A stretch of DNA of 42,027 nt from Verrucomicrobiota bacterium (GTDB lineage: Bacteria; Verrucomicrobiota; Verrucomicrobiia; Limisphaerales; UBA9464). The notes beneath the pieces were generated by a model. The model was not told the origin of the DNA and did no database searches. It worked only from the letters and a program-made list of their open reading frames with translations. This document shows positions 8,622 through 17,465 of this stretch, piece after piece (positions within the stretch are counted from its first letter, which is position 1; the number at the start of each line of letters is the position of its first letter). Made by a program: the position numbers and the translations under genes. The DNA lies in the NCBI GenBank assembly GCA_039800465.1, contig JBDLQQ010000140.1, forward strand, positions 1-42,027, written 5' to 3'.

Positions 8622-8825
8622 ATGGCTGAAGGATACTGCGTACGGTGCAAGGCGAAGCAGCCGATTGCTGAAGCCGTGGAAGAGGTCATGAAGAACGGGC
8701 GAAAGGCCGTTAAGGGTAAATGCCCTGTCTGCGGCGTCGTGATGTTCAAGATCCTCGGCGGCAAGGCGACGCCCTCGCCCGCCGCGGCCCCGGCGGCCCC
8801 GGCTGCGGAATCCCCGACACCGTAG
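8622..8825 (+). CDS. small zinc-ribbon protein (DUF5679-like) with a Pro/Ala-rich tail
   Basis: MAEGYCVRCKAKQPI...KNGRKAVKGKCPVCGVVMFKILGGK has a CxxC...CxxC ribbon matching my memory of the DUF5679 pattern. A PSPAAAPAAPAAESPTP tail follows. The upstream part of ORF 8337..8825 is antisense to the neighbouring gene and was discarded. Confidence 0.6.
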   Translation: MAEGYCVRCKAKQPIAEAVEEVMKNGRKAVKGKCPVCGVVMFKILGGKATPSPAAAPAAPAAESPTP

Positions 8826-8887
8826 CCGACGTCTCCACGCGATCCGATCCCCAGGGCGACCCGAGGCTCCGCGATTCCTGATTCTCC

Positions 8888-9910
8888 ATGTCCACACTAT
8901 CCCGTCGCCAGTTCGTCACCCGCTCCGTGGCCACCGTGGCTGGAACCTCCGCGCTGGTGCGTTCCTCGGCGGCCCCCATGCCGCCGATGGCCGACCTGAC
9001 CGACACCGCACCGCTGATCGTCTCCACCTGGCCCTTCGGGAAACCCGCGAATGAGGCGGCCCTGGCGCGCCTGAAGCAGGGGGGCACCGGGCTGGATGCC
9101 ATCGAGGCCGGGATCCGGTTGACCGAGGCGGATCCGACCAATCCCAGCGTGGGGTTGGCGGGCATCCCGAATGCCGAGGGGATCGTGCAGCTGGATGCGT
9201 GCATCATGTCCGGCCCGGGGCATCGCGCGGGTGGGGTGGCGGCCCTCGAGGGGTTTGCCCATCCGATCAGCGTCGCCCGCCGGGTGATGGAGACCACTCC
9301 TCATGTCCTGCTCGTCGGGGACGGTGCCCGGGCGTTCGCCGCGAAGAACGGGTTTGAGCGCGGTCCGAAGGTTTCCCCAGGCCAGAAGAAGGCCTGGAAG
9401 GAATGGGCCCGCCAGCAGGCGGAGGCCCGACGGAAGACGGACAACCACGACACCATCGCCATGGTCGCCCTCCTCCCGGATGGCAATGTCTTCGGCGGCT
9501 GTTCCACCAGCGGCCGCGGCTACAAGCTCCCCGGCCGTGTCGGGGACTCCCCGATCATTGGAAGCGGGCTGTATGTCGACAACGAGGTCGGTGCCGCCGG
9601 GGCGACGGGCCTGGGCGAGAACGTCATGCGGTACTGTGGTTCCTTCCTGGTGGTCGAGTTCATGCGACAGGGCCTGCATCCGCAGGAGGCCTGCATCGAG
9701 ACCATCCGCAGGATCGCCCGGCTCGACCCGCTGGGTTTCGACCTCGCGATCAACTTCATTGCCGTCGACAAGAAGGGTCGCTTCGGTGCGGCCGGGACCG
9801 GTCAGGGTTTCGAATACGCCGTGACCTCCGAGCGGTCGAGCCGGGTGCTCCAGAGTCCCGGTCTCACCGCGAAGAGCGTGGGCCCTGTGGGCGGCAATCG
9901 CTCCCAGTAG
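8888..9910 (+). CDS. N4-(beta-N-acetylglucosaminyl)-L-asparaginase / isoaspartyl peptidase family (Ntn hydrolase), Tat-exported
   Basis: Twin-arginine leader SRRQFVTRS. Autoprocessing and active-site block HDTIAMVAL...STSGRGYKLPGRVGDSPIIGSGLYVDNEVGAAGATGLGE. Confidence 0.85.
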   Translation: MSTLSRRQFVTRSVATVAGTSALVRSSAAPMPPMADLTDTAPLIVSTWPFGKPANEAALARLKQGGTGLDAIEAGIRLTEADPTNPSVGLAGIPNAEGIVQLDACIMSGPGHRAGGVAALEGFAHPISVARRVMETTPHVLLVGDGARAFAAKNGFERGPKVSPGQKKAWKEWARQQAEARRKTDNHDTIAMVALLPDGNVFGGCSTSGRGYKLPGRVGDSPIIGSGLYVDNEVGAAGATGLGENVMRYCGSFLVVEFMRQGLHPQEACIETIRRIARLDPLGFDLAINFIAVDKKGRFGAAGTGQGFEYAVTSERSSRVLQSPGLTAKSVGPVGGNRSQ

Positions 9911-9934
9911 TCCGGGGGGCGGACGCCCGGTCGA

Positions 9935-11077
9935 TCAGCCCGTGGGTCGATGCGGGAGTGAGAACCCGAAGGCGGCGCCCTCGCCGACCGTTCCCTCCGC
10001 CCAGACCCGCCCGCCGTGGCGCTGGATGATCCGGTTCACGTTGGCCAGGCCGATTCCGTTGCCCTCGAACTGGTCGACGCTGTGCAGCCGCTGGAAGGTC
10101 CCAAACAGGCGTTCCACGAACCGCATGTCGAAGCCCACGCCGTTATCCCGGACCGTGAAGGCGATCCCTTCGGGTGATGATGACGATTCGATCCGGATCA
10201 CGGCGAGGGGACGGTATCGTGTGAACTTCAGGGCGTTCCCGATGAGGTTCCACCAGACCTGACGGAGCAGCGGACGGTCTCCGAAGGTCTCGGGCAGGGG
10301 ACCGATCTGCCAGTCCACCAGGCGTCCCCGGAGGTCGGGGGCGAACTCCCCGATCACCTCGGAGACGAGTTCGGTGGTGTGGATCGTGGCGGGGTGCAGC
10401 GAGGAGCGGCCCGTCCTCGAGTAGGCGAGCAGGTCGCTGATCAGCTGGTCCATCTTCTTGGCGGCGAGCACCGCGGACTCGAGGTCGCGACGGGCCGGCA
10501 CCGGCAGTTCCGGGCCGGATGTCTCCAGGGCGAAGCCGATGAATCCGAGCACATGTCGCAGGGGCGCCCGGAGGTCGTGGGACACCGACGACGTGAATGA
10601 CTCGAGTTCCCGATTCGCGGCCTCGAGTTCCTCCGTCCGCTGCAGGATCCGCTGCTCGAGCTGTGCATTCTCCATGCGGAGCGATCGCACCGACAGCGCC
10701 CGCGCGAGCACGGGGAGGATGATGCTCAGGCGGAACGGCTTCTGGATGTAGTCGAGGGCACCCGATTTCATGGCCTCGACCGCGGTGTCGATCGAGCCCT
10801 CGCCGGTCATGATGATCCCGACCAGGTCCCCGTCGACCTCCCGCAGGGCCCGGAGCAGGGCGATCCCATCCATCTCCGGCATCATCAGGTCGGCCAGGAC
10901 GAGGTCGAACCGTTCCGATCGGGCCGCGGCGAGGGCGTTCCGCGGGGAACTGAATCCCCGGGTGTCGTAGCCATGGTCCTCCAGGGTGCGGCACAGGGCC
11001 TCCATCTGGGCGACCTCGTCGTCCACGATCAGTATCCGGGGCTGTGTGGGTTGCGGGTCAGCGGGAGGCATTGGCAT
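9935..11077 (-). CDS. hybrid response-regulator/histidine kinase (REC-HisKA-HATPase), no output domain
   Basis: Receiver domain: ILIVDDE...DLVLADLMMPEMDG...DYIQKPF. H-box: SSVSHDLRAPLR. ATPase blocks: NLIGNALKFT, DNGVGFD, GNGIGLANV. ATG 11077 or 11071 overlaps the upstream stop at 11058-11060. Confidence 0.85.
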   Translation of the reverse strand: MPMPPADPQPTQPRILIVDDEVAQMEALCRTLEDHGYDTRGFSSPRNALAAARSERFDLVLADLMMPEMDGIALLRALREVDGDLVGIIMTGEGSIDTAVEAMKSGALDYIQKPFRLSIILPVLARALSVRSLRMENAQLEQRILQRTEELEAANRELESFTSSVSHDLRAPLRHVLGFIGFALETSGPELPVPARRDLESAVLAAKKMDQLISDLLAYSRTGRSSLHPATIHTTELVSEVIGEFAPDLRGRLVDWQIGPLPETFGDRPLLRQVWWNLIGNALKFTRYRPLAVIRIESSSSPEGIAFTVRDNGVGFDMRFVERLFGTFQRLHSVDQFEGNGIGLANVNRIIQRHGGRVWAEGTVGEGAAFGFSLPHRPTG

Positions 11078-13535
11078 CCGGGGTCGGGGGATTGCAGAGC
11101 AGGGCCATCCTCTGGCGGAGCTCCGGGATCCGGGGCGGCTTGGAGAGCACGCAGTCGGCATGGACCGGGAGATCCTTCATGTCCACCTGGCCGGCCCAGT
11201 CGGTGAGGAGGATCACCGGGGTGGAGGGCGCGTTGGCCTTGACCATCGACGCCATCTGGGCGCCGTCGACCTCAGGCATGTGGAGGTCGGAGAGGACCAG
11301 GTCGAACCGTTCGCCCCGGGCCTGGGCGGCGAGGATCAGGTCGACGCCTTGTCGGGCTCCCCCGGCCAACTCGACCCGATGGCCGTCTGCCACCAGGGCC
11401 TCCCCGAGGGAGTGGAGGAGCAGGGGATCGTCGTCCACGACCAATAGGCGGAGGCTGGGGCAGGAGGCGGGTTGGGATTCTGGACGCCGGACCGGTCCCG
11501 AGGACGGTTGTCCGGCGTGGGACTGGAAGGCGATGCGGACGGTCGTCCCCTGGCCCGGTGTGCTGTCGATGTCGAGGCTCGCCCCGTGGCGTTGGACCAT
11601 TCCGAACACCATGGCGAGGCCCAGGCCCGTGCCGCGTTCCCCCTTCGTGGTGAAGAACGGTTCGAGGCAATGACGGCGCGTGGCCTCGTCCATCCCGACC
11701 CCCGTGTCCGCAACCTCCAACTCCACGGGTGTCGGCGGGGAACCTCTGTCATCCGGGTCGGGACGATGACGGGTGGTCACGGTGACGGTGCCGCCCTCCG
11801 GCATGGCATCCGCGGCGTTCAGCAGAAGATTGGTGAGGGCGTCCCGGACCTCGCTGTCGACGCCTAGGATCTCGGGCATGTCGGGTTGGAGGCGCAGGAC
11901 GACCTCGATGTCTCGGGGTGTCGGCGTGTCGGACCGGTTCCAGCGGACCCGGACGAGATCGAGCACCTCCTGGACGATCGGTTTGAGTTCGATCGCCACC
12001 AGCTCCGTCTGTCGGGGCTGCTGTCGGCAGAACTCCCGCATGCGGGCGACCGTTTGGGCGACGTTGTCGATCGCGACCTGGATGGTCCCGAGGTAGGTCC
12101 GGGCGCGGTCGCTGAGGTGGGGCTCACTGGCGAGAAGGGCCTCGGTGTAGAGCGAGACCGGCGAGATGGCGTTGTTGATGTCGTGCGCGATGCCGCTGGC
12201 CATCTTTCCGAGCGCGCCGAGCCGCTCCTGCCGCACCACGGTGTCCTGGGTGTGGCGAAGCTGGTCGTAGGCCTTCTGGAGGGCGTCCCGGATGCGGTCC
12301 CGTTCCGCCTCGCACTCCTCGAGGCGGCGCGTGGTGTGCTGGAGATCCACGTCCACCCGTTCCCGCCCTGCAGCCGCCTGCGTGACATCCTGCCCGATCT
12401 CCAGGACCAGTTCGGGCTCCTCCCCTTTCCCCCGCTGGAGGTTCCAGGCCGCCTCGATCTGGAGGCGCCTCCCATCCCTCGCGGTCTGGATGAGGGTGCC
12501 GGTCCAGGTCCCCGACGCACGCAGATGTCGGTTGATCTCGCCGCGGGGGATCGGGAATTCGGTCGACAGGAGCTCGTAGGCGACCCGGCCGATGGCCTCC
12601 TCCTCGCGCCATCCATAGAGGGCCTGGGCTCCGCGGTTGAAGAAGCGGATCCGGTTGCCGAGGTCGCAGACGATGATCGGGTGTGAGGCGGCATCGAGGA
12701 GTCTGGAACGCCATCGCAGCCGCTCCGCGTCCTCGATCCGCTGCTGCATGAGACGTCGCCAGCGACTCCAGGCGAGTGCCATCCAGCCGACGGATCCGGC
12801 ACCGCATGCGGTCCCCCCCACGAGTCCAAGGACCCAGACCTCCCGGGATCCCCTGTGGTTCTGATCGGAGGACTCCTGGATGAGGGCCGTGAGGATGGAG
12901 AGCTGGTCCTGGATCTCGGTCGCCGGCCACGGGACTCTTCCCTGACGTGCTCCACGTCCGGCTGTTCCCTGGGGTCGGGAGGCCTGGGCCCGCATCACCA
13001 GGGACTCGAGGCTTCCGAGGGCCTCCTTCCATTCCCGCGCGCTGGATGATCCGGAGTGGGGCTGACCGAGGGCCTCGATCTGCAGCAGGACCCGCTGGGA
13101 CTCCTCCGTCCAGGTGCGGCCCTCCTGCGGGGAGCCGCCGCTGGCGAGCGATTGCAGACGGTCGAGTCCGTCTTCCAGCTGCCGAAGGGTGTTGGATAGT
13201 CCCTCGATCCGCCGGCTCTGCAGGGAGTGGTCCACCAGAAGGCGTCCGAACGGGTAGGCCGCGAGGAGGAGGAACCCCAGGCAGACGGCGGCGAGGAGGA
13301 GGCAGACCCTGGGGCTGGCCCTCATGCCCGGGCGGGCCAGCCATCCGGATGACCTGACGGTGGCGCCCTGCGGTCGGAGTGACCTGGGCAGGAAGGGACT
13401 CGTGCCCAGGAGCACATGAACCAGAGTGCCGTGTTCCGGTCCGCGATCCGCCAGGGTGGCGACGGTCCAGGCTGCGAGACCGAGGGCCGCTGTCGTCAGC
13501 AGTCCCTTGGTGTGATCTTGGTCTCGGTGCCCCAT
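11058..13535 (-). CDS. membrane sensor hybrid histidine kinase (2 TM-periplasmic helical region-PAS-HisKA-HATPase-REC)
   Basis: TM segments around aa 75-95 and 233-256. PAS-like region at aa ~275-385. H-box: MASGIAHDINNAISPV. ATPase blocks: DTGVGMD, GTGLGLAMV. C-terminal receiver: LLVVDDD...DLVLSDLHMPEVDG. An alternative start is ATG 13325 (MRASPRVCLLL...). Confidence 0.85.
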   Translation of the reverse strand: MGHRDQDHTKGLLTTAALGLAAWTVATLADRGPEHGTLVHVLLGTSPFLPRSLRPQGATVRSSGWLARPGMRASPRVCLLLAAVCLGFLLLAAYPFGRLLVDHSLQSRRIEGLSNTLRQLEDGLDRLQSLASGGSPQEGRTWTEESQRVLLQIEALGQPHSGSSSAREWKEALGSLESLVMRAQASRPQGTAGRGARQGRVPWPATEIQDQLSILTALIQESSDQNHRGSREVWVLGLVGGTACGAGSVGWMALAWSRWRRLMQQRIEDAERLRWRSRLLDAASHPIIVCDLGNRIRFFNRGAQALYGWREEEAIGRVAYELLSTEFPIPRGEINRHLRASGTWTGTLIQTARDGRRLQIEAAWNLQRGKGEEPELVLEIGQDVTQAAAGRERVDVDLQHTTRRLEECEAERDRIRDALQKAYDQLRHTQDTVVRQERLGALGKMASGIAHDINNAISPVSLYTEALLASEPHLSDRARTYLGTIQVAIDNVAQTVARMREFCRQQPRQTELVAIELKPIVQEVLDLVRVRWNRSDTPTPRDIEVVLRLQPDMPEILGVDSEVRDALTNLLLNAADAMPEGGTVTVTTRHRPDPDDRGSPPTPVELEVADTGVGMDEATRRHCLEPFFTTKGERGTGLGLAMVFGMVQRHGASLDIDSTPGQGTTVRIAFQSHAGQPSSGPVRRPESQPASCPSLRLLVVDDDPLLLHSLGEALVADGHRVELAGGARQGVDLILAAQARGERFDLVLSDLHMPEVDGAQMASMVKANAPSTPVILLTDWAGQVDMKDLPVHADCVLSKPPRIPELRQRMALLCNPPTPDANASR

Positions 13536-13693
13536 CCTCCTGAACCCGGTTGGTCGGGGACCCTTGCACTCGAACCGGGAGCTTCAAACGAAAATTCCCG
13601 ACGCCGATGCACCATGCCGATGGGTCGGGATTGAGGCGACGGGAACGGCGCGGCGGAGCTCGCGAAAAACGGGAAGCGGGGCAGGATCCGGGG

Positions 13694-15091
13694 ATGAAGA
13701 CGGTGATCCATTGGTTCCGACGCGACCTCCGGGTGTCCGACAACACGGCCCTGCATGAGGCGTGGAACCGGGCCGAGACCCTGGTGCCCGTGTTCGTCTG
13801 GGACGATGCGATCCTGAAGTCCCCGGATGTCGGCCCGGCGCGGGTCGCATTCCTGCTGCGATCCCTCGAGGCGTTGTCCAGGAACCTCGAGTCCCTGGGC
13901 CATCGGCTGATTGTGCGGCGTGGGAACCCTGCGGAGCAGCTGGTCCTGCTGGCGGGACAGGCCGGGGCGTCGGCGGTGCTGACGAACCGGGACTACGAAC
14001 CCTATGCGGTCCGCCGGGATCGGAAGGTGGCCGAGGCGCTCTACGGGGTGGGAATCCAGTTCGAGTCCTTCAAGGATTCCGTGGTGGCGGAGGGACGGGA
14101 GGTCCTGACGGGGGCCAAGCAGCCCTACACGGTGTTCACCCCATACTCGAAGGCCTGGAGGAGCCGTCCCATCCCGGCTCCGGTCCCGAGGATCGGGTCG
14201 GCGAAGAAGCCGATCCCCGCTGGGATCCAGAGCCTGCCGCTGCCGTCGGATCCGGCCACGCTCGGGCATGCATTGAACCAGGACCTGTTCCCCGCCGGGG
14301 AACAGGCGGCCCAGCAGGCCCTCAAGGCGTTCCTCGCGGATGGAATTGCCGGGTACGACACCGGGCGCAACGTCCCCTCCCTGCCATCGGGAACCTCCCG
14401 TCTGTCGCCGCACCTGAGGTTTGGCACCCTGAACATCCGGACGATCCTCTCGAGGCTTCCGACGATGGCGGCGTCGGGCCCCGGGGTCCGGACCTGGGAG
14501 ACGGAACTGATCTGGCGGGAGTTCTACCTGCAGATCCTGGCCAACTTTCCCCATGTGGCCGAGGGGGCCTTCCGACCCGAGTACGACCGCCTCGAGTGGT
14601 CGGGAACGGACGAGCAGTTCCGGGCCTGGTGCGAGGGTGTCACCGGATTCCCGATCGTCGACGCCGCGATGCGGTGTCTCAAGGCGACGGGATGGATGCA
14701 CAACCGGCTCCGGATGATCGTCTCGATGTTCCTGACCAAGGACCTGCTCATCTCCTGGCAGCGGGGCGAGCGGCATTTCATGCGGGAGCTGGTGGATGGG
14801 GATCTCGCCGCGAACAACGGGGGGTGGCAGTGGAGTGCCGGGACCGGGACGGATGCGGCGCCCTATTTCCGGATCTTCAATCCGGTCTCCCAGGGGGAGA
14901 AGTTCGATCCGGAGGGGACCTTCGTGCGCCAGTGGGTCCCCGAGCTGCGGGAGGTCCCGGCGGACGGGATCCACCGGCCATGGGAGAATCCGCTCCTGCT
15001 GGGCCGGTCCGGATATCCAGCCCCGATCGTGGATCACGCCCGCCAGCGGGAGCGCTGTCTGGCGATGTTCAAGGCGGTGCGGGGCCGGTGA
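13694..15091 (+). CDS. phrB: deoxyribodipyrimidine (CPD) photolyase, class I
   Basis: MKTVIHWFRRDLRVSDNTAL; TSRLSPHLRFG; WREFY; GFPIVDAAMR.L..TGWMHNRLRMIV.SFL.KDL; DGDLAANNGGWQW...APYFRIFNP. The ORF-track start 13550 adds an Arg-rich extension, which I rejected. Confidence 0.9.
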   Translation: MKTVIHWFRRDLRVSDNTALHEAWNRAETLVPVFVWDDAILKSPDVGPARVAFLLRSLEALSRNLESLGHRLIVRRGNPAEQLVLLAGQAGASAVLTNRDYEPYAVRRDRKVAEALYGVGIQFESFKDSVVAEGREVLTGAKQPYTVFTPYSKAWRSRPIPAPVPRIGSAKKPIPAGIQSLPLPSDPATLGHALNQDLFPAGEQAAQQALKAFLADGIAGYDTGRNVPSLPSGTSRLSPHLRFGTLNIRTILSRLPTMAASGPGVRTWETELIWREFYLQILANFPHVAEGAFRPEYDRLEWSGTDEQFRAWCEGVTGFPIVDAAMRCLKATGWMHNRLRMIVSMFLTKDLLISWQRGERHFMRELVDGDLAANNGGWQWSAGTGTDAAPYFRIFNPVSQGEKFDPEGTFVRQWVPELREVPADGIHRPWENPLLLGRSGYPAPIVDHARQRERCLAMFKAVRGR

Positions 15092-15142
15092 CATCAGAAA
15101 TGGCTTCCTCGCTTCGGGTGGGGTTCCTAGCGTCGCCTCCCA

Positions 15143-16513
15143 ATGGCTGATGTTCCTGCCCATGCCGGGTCGACCCGATGGAAGACGCGGTTGGTGGCCC
15201 TGACGCCACGTCGGTTCCGGGGCCACTGGGAGCGGCTGGAACAGTCGCCGCTGGGGGAACGTCTCGCCCGGGGCACCTTCTGGAGCATCGTGGGAGGCGG
15301 GGCCTCGCGGGCCCTGGGCCTGGTCGCCTGGATCCTCGTGGCCCGTCGTCTCGACAAGGAGGCGTTCGGGGAGATCGGCATGATCCAGAGCACGGTCGGC
15401 ATCTTCGGCGTGTTGGCTGGGGTGGGCATGGGGATGACGGCGACGAAGCATGTCGCCGAGTTCCGGCTGCGGGATCCGGCCCGGGCCGCGCGCCTGATCC
15501 GTCTCTCGAATCGGATCGCCTGGTGGGCCAGTCTGGTGGTGGCCGGGGCCGTCTGGCTCCTGGCCCCGTGGCTCGCGGAACACACCCTGGGTCGTGCGGA
15601 CCTGACGGGTGTCGTCCGGATCTCCACGGGTCTCCTCCTGCTGGGTGGGGTGCAGGGGGCCCAGGGTGGGGCCCTCGCGGGGCTCGAGGCCTTCAGGACC
15701 GTGGCCCGGCTGAACATCGTCTCCGGACTCGTCTCGTTTCCCCTGCTGGTGCTGGGGGCGGTCTGGGGCGGGGTGGGTGGGACGATCTGGGCCCTCAACG
15801 CCAATGCGGCCGTGGGGGTCCTCCTCCATCATGTCGCCCTGCGGCGGGAGATGGCCCTTGCCCGGCTTCCGGAGGGGCATTCGTGGGATCGTCGGGATCT
15901 CCCGGTGCTGTGGCGGTTCACGTTGCCGGCGGCGCTCGGGGCGCTGGTGACCTCGGCCGTGCAGTGGGGCTGCTGGGGGATCCTGGCCCGGCGGCCCGAT
16001 GGCTACGATGCCCTCGGGGCCTTCAATGGCGCGAACCAGTGGTTCCTCGCGCTGATGTTCCTGCCGAACCTCCTGGCCCAGTCGGTCCTGCCCCTCATGG
16101 CTGAGCAGCTGGGACAGGATCGGCATCATCAAGGGCGTCGGCTCCTCGGCTTCGCCATGAAGGTCAATGCGCTGGTCGTGGTGCCGGTGCTCCTGCTGTC
16201 CCTGGCCAGCCCCTGGATCATGGGGCTGTTCGGACGCAGCTTCCGCGGCGACTGGCCGACCCTGGTGGTGGTTCTGCTCACGGCGGTGTTCCTGTCGGTG
16301 CAGACCCCGGTGGGACAGATCATCACGGCGAGCGGACGGGTCTGGGCGGGGTTCTGGATGAACGTGGGCTGGGCGGTGGTCTTCGTGTGGGCGACGTTCG
16401 CCTGGGCCTCGTGGGGGGGGCTGGGGCTTGCTACGGCCCGGCTCGCTGCCTACGCTGCGCACTCCATCTGGGCCCTGTGGTACGCGCTTCGCCTCCTCCG
16501 TCGCGAAGAATGA
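15143..16513 (+). CDS. wzx: polysaccharide / O-unit flippase (Wzx-like, MOP superfamily)
   Basis: About 12 predicted TM helices. The N-terminal pattern (GTFWSIVGGGASRALGLVAWILVARRLDKEAFGEIGMIQS) is typical of Wzx/RfbX flippases. Confidence 0.7.
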   Translation: MADVPAHAGSTRWKTRLVALTPRRFRGHWERLEQSPLGERLARGTFWSIVGGGASRALGLVAWILVARRLDKEAFGEIGMIQSTVGIFGVLAGVGMGMTATKHVAEFRLRDPARAARLIRLSNRIAWWASLVVAGAVWLLAPWLAEHTLGRADLTGVVRISTGLLLLGGVQGAQGGALAGLEAFRTVARLNIVSGLVSFPLLVLGAVWGGVGGTIWALNANAAVGVLLHHVALRREMALARLPEGHSWDRRDLPVLWRFTLPAALGALVTSAVQWGCWGILARRPDGYDALGAFNGANQWFLALMFLPNLLAQSVLPLMAEQLGQDRHHQGRRLLGFAMKVNALVVVPVLLLSLASPWIMGLFGRSFRGDWPTLVVVLLTAVFLSVQTPVGQIITASGRVWAGFWMNVGWAVVFVWATFAWASWGGLGLATARLAAYAAHSIWALWYALRLLRREE

Positions 16514-16544
16514 TCCCCCTTCGGTCGCGGATGATCCCAGCCGA

Positions 16545-17441
16545 ATGAAAGCCCTGGCCCGCGCGATCCTGACCGGCGTCCGATCCCTGCTCGATGCGGA
16601 TCCGGCGGTGCGTCTCCGGGGTCGGCGCATCCTGACCCTCGAGGTCCTGAAACGCGTCCGGACCGAGCTGACCTTCCGACGCCAGGGTTTCCTGTGGACG
16701 GGTGCCGCCGCCAGCAGCATCACCCAGTCGATCTACGTCGACGAACACTACCAGGACGCCCACATGGGCCCGATGGTCGAGTGGTTGAAGGCGAACACGG
16801 CATTCTCCCGGCCGGTCATCGTGAACGTCGGGGCCAACCTCGGCGACGTCGTCCTGCCCCTCACGCGGACCGGCAAGCGGGTCGTGGCGGTCGAGCCGAA
16901 TCCCGAGACGTTCGCCCGGTTGGAGCGCAACGTGCGTCAGAACGGCCTGTCCGACCGGGTGACCTGCTGCAACGTCGCCATCGCGGCCTCGGCTGGGACG
17001 GCGGAGCTGGTGACCGCGAGCGATGCGGGCAACAGCGAGATCAATGAGCCGGGAGGCCGGCTCGGCTTCGATGGTGTCGACCAGCGGGCCGGTGTGGTCG
17101 CGGTGAAGACCGTGCGGCTCGATGATCTGCTGGCCAGCCTGGGGGTGACCCCGGACCAGGTCGCACTGGTCTGGTCCGACACCCAGGGATTCGAGTCCCA
17201 GGTCATCGAATCGGCGACCGCCCTCTGGAAGAACGGGGTGCCCCTCTGGGTGGAGATCTGGCCGAAGGGGCTCATCTGCCATGGGGGTGTGCCGCGCTTC
17301 CTCGACCTGTGCCGCCAGCACTTCCGGTCGCTGTTCCCGGAGACGCGGTTCGACGGGAAGCCCGAGCCGATCACGGCGTTGGAACCGATCGTGGCCCGGC
17401 TGAAGGGCGCCGAGTTCACCGACGTCCTGCTGATCCCCTGA
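16545..17441 (+). CDS. FkbM-family methyltransferase
   Basis: VIVNVGANLGDVVLPL...RVVAVEPNPETFARLERNVRQNGL...VAIAASAGTAEL is the FkbM-type SAM fold pattern. ATG 16545 lies 32 nt after the wzx stop. Confidence 0.75.
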   Translation: MKALARAILTGVRSLLDADPAVRLRGRRILTLEVLKRVRTELTFRRQGFLWTGAAASSITQSIYVDEHYQDAHMGPMVEWLKANTAFSRPVIVNVGANLGDVVLPLTRTGKRVVAVEPNPETFARLERNVRQNGLSDRVTCCNVAIAASAGTAELVTASDAGNSEINEPGGRLGFDGVDQRAGVVAVKTVRLDDLLASLGVTPDQVALVWSDTQGFESQVIESATALWKNGVPLWVEIWPKGLICHGGVPRFLDLCRQHFRSLFPETRFDGKPEPITALEPIVARLKGAEFTDVLLIP

Positions 17442-17465
17442 TGCGACCAGGCCGGTCGGCTGGCC

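Noticed and set aside
12381-12713. The PAS domain of the sensor kinase as a LOV/blue-light sensor, functionally linked to the divergently transcribed photolyase.
   Set aside because: The flavin-binding LOV signature (GxNCRFLQ) is absent. The adjacency to phrB is therefore not evidence for light sensing.
13496-16723. A 1075-aa minus-strand ORF spanning the photolyase gene, the intergenic gap and the flippase gene.
   Set aside because: It is antisense to two genes with unmistakable family motifs. Its translation is an Arg/Pro/Gly/His-rich string with no recognisable motif. Stop-free antisense frames are expected at this GC content.
17450-17465. A GGCCGG-TCGG-CTGGCC hairpin in the 24-nt convergent gap between fkbM and the amidase gene, considered as a bidirectional terminator.
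   Set aside because: It has only 6 bp including a G-U pair and no U-tract on either strand. That is too weak to call.
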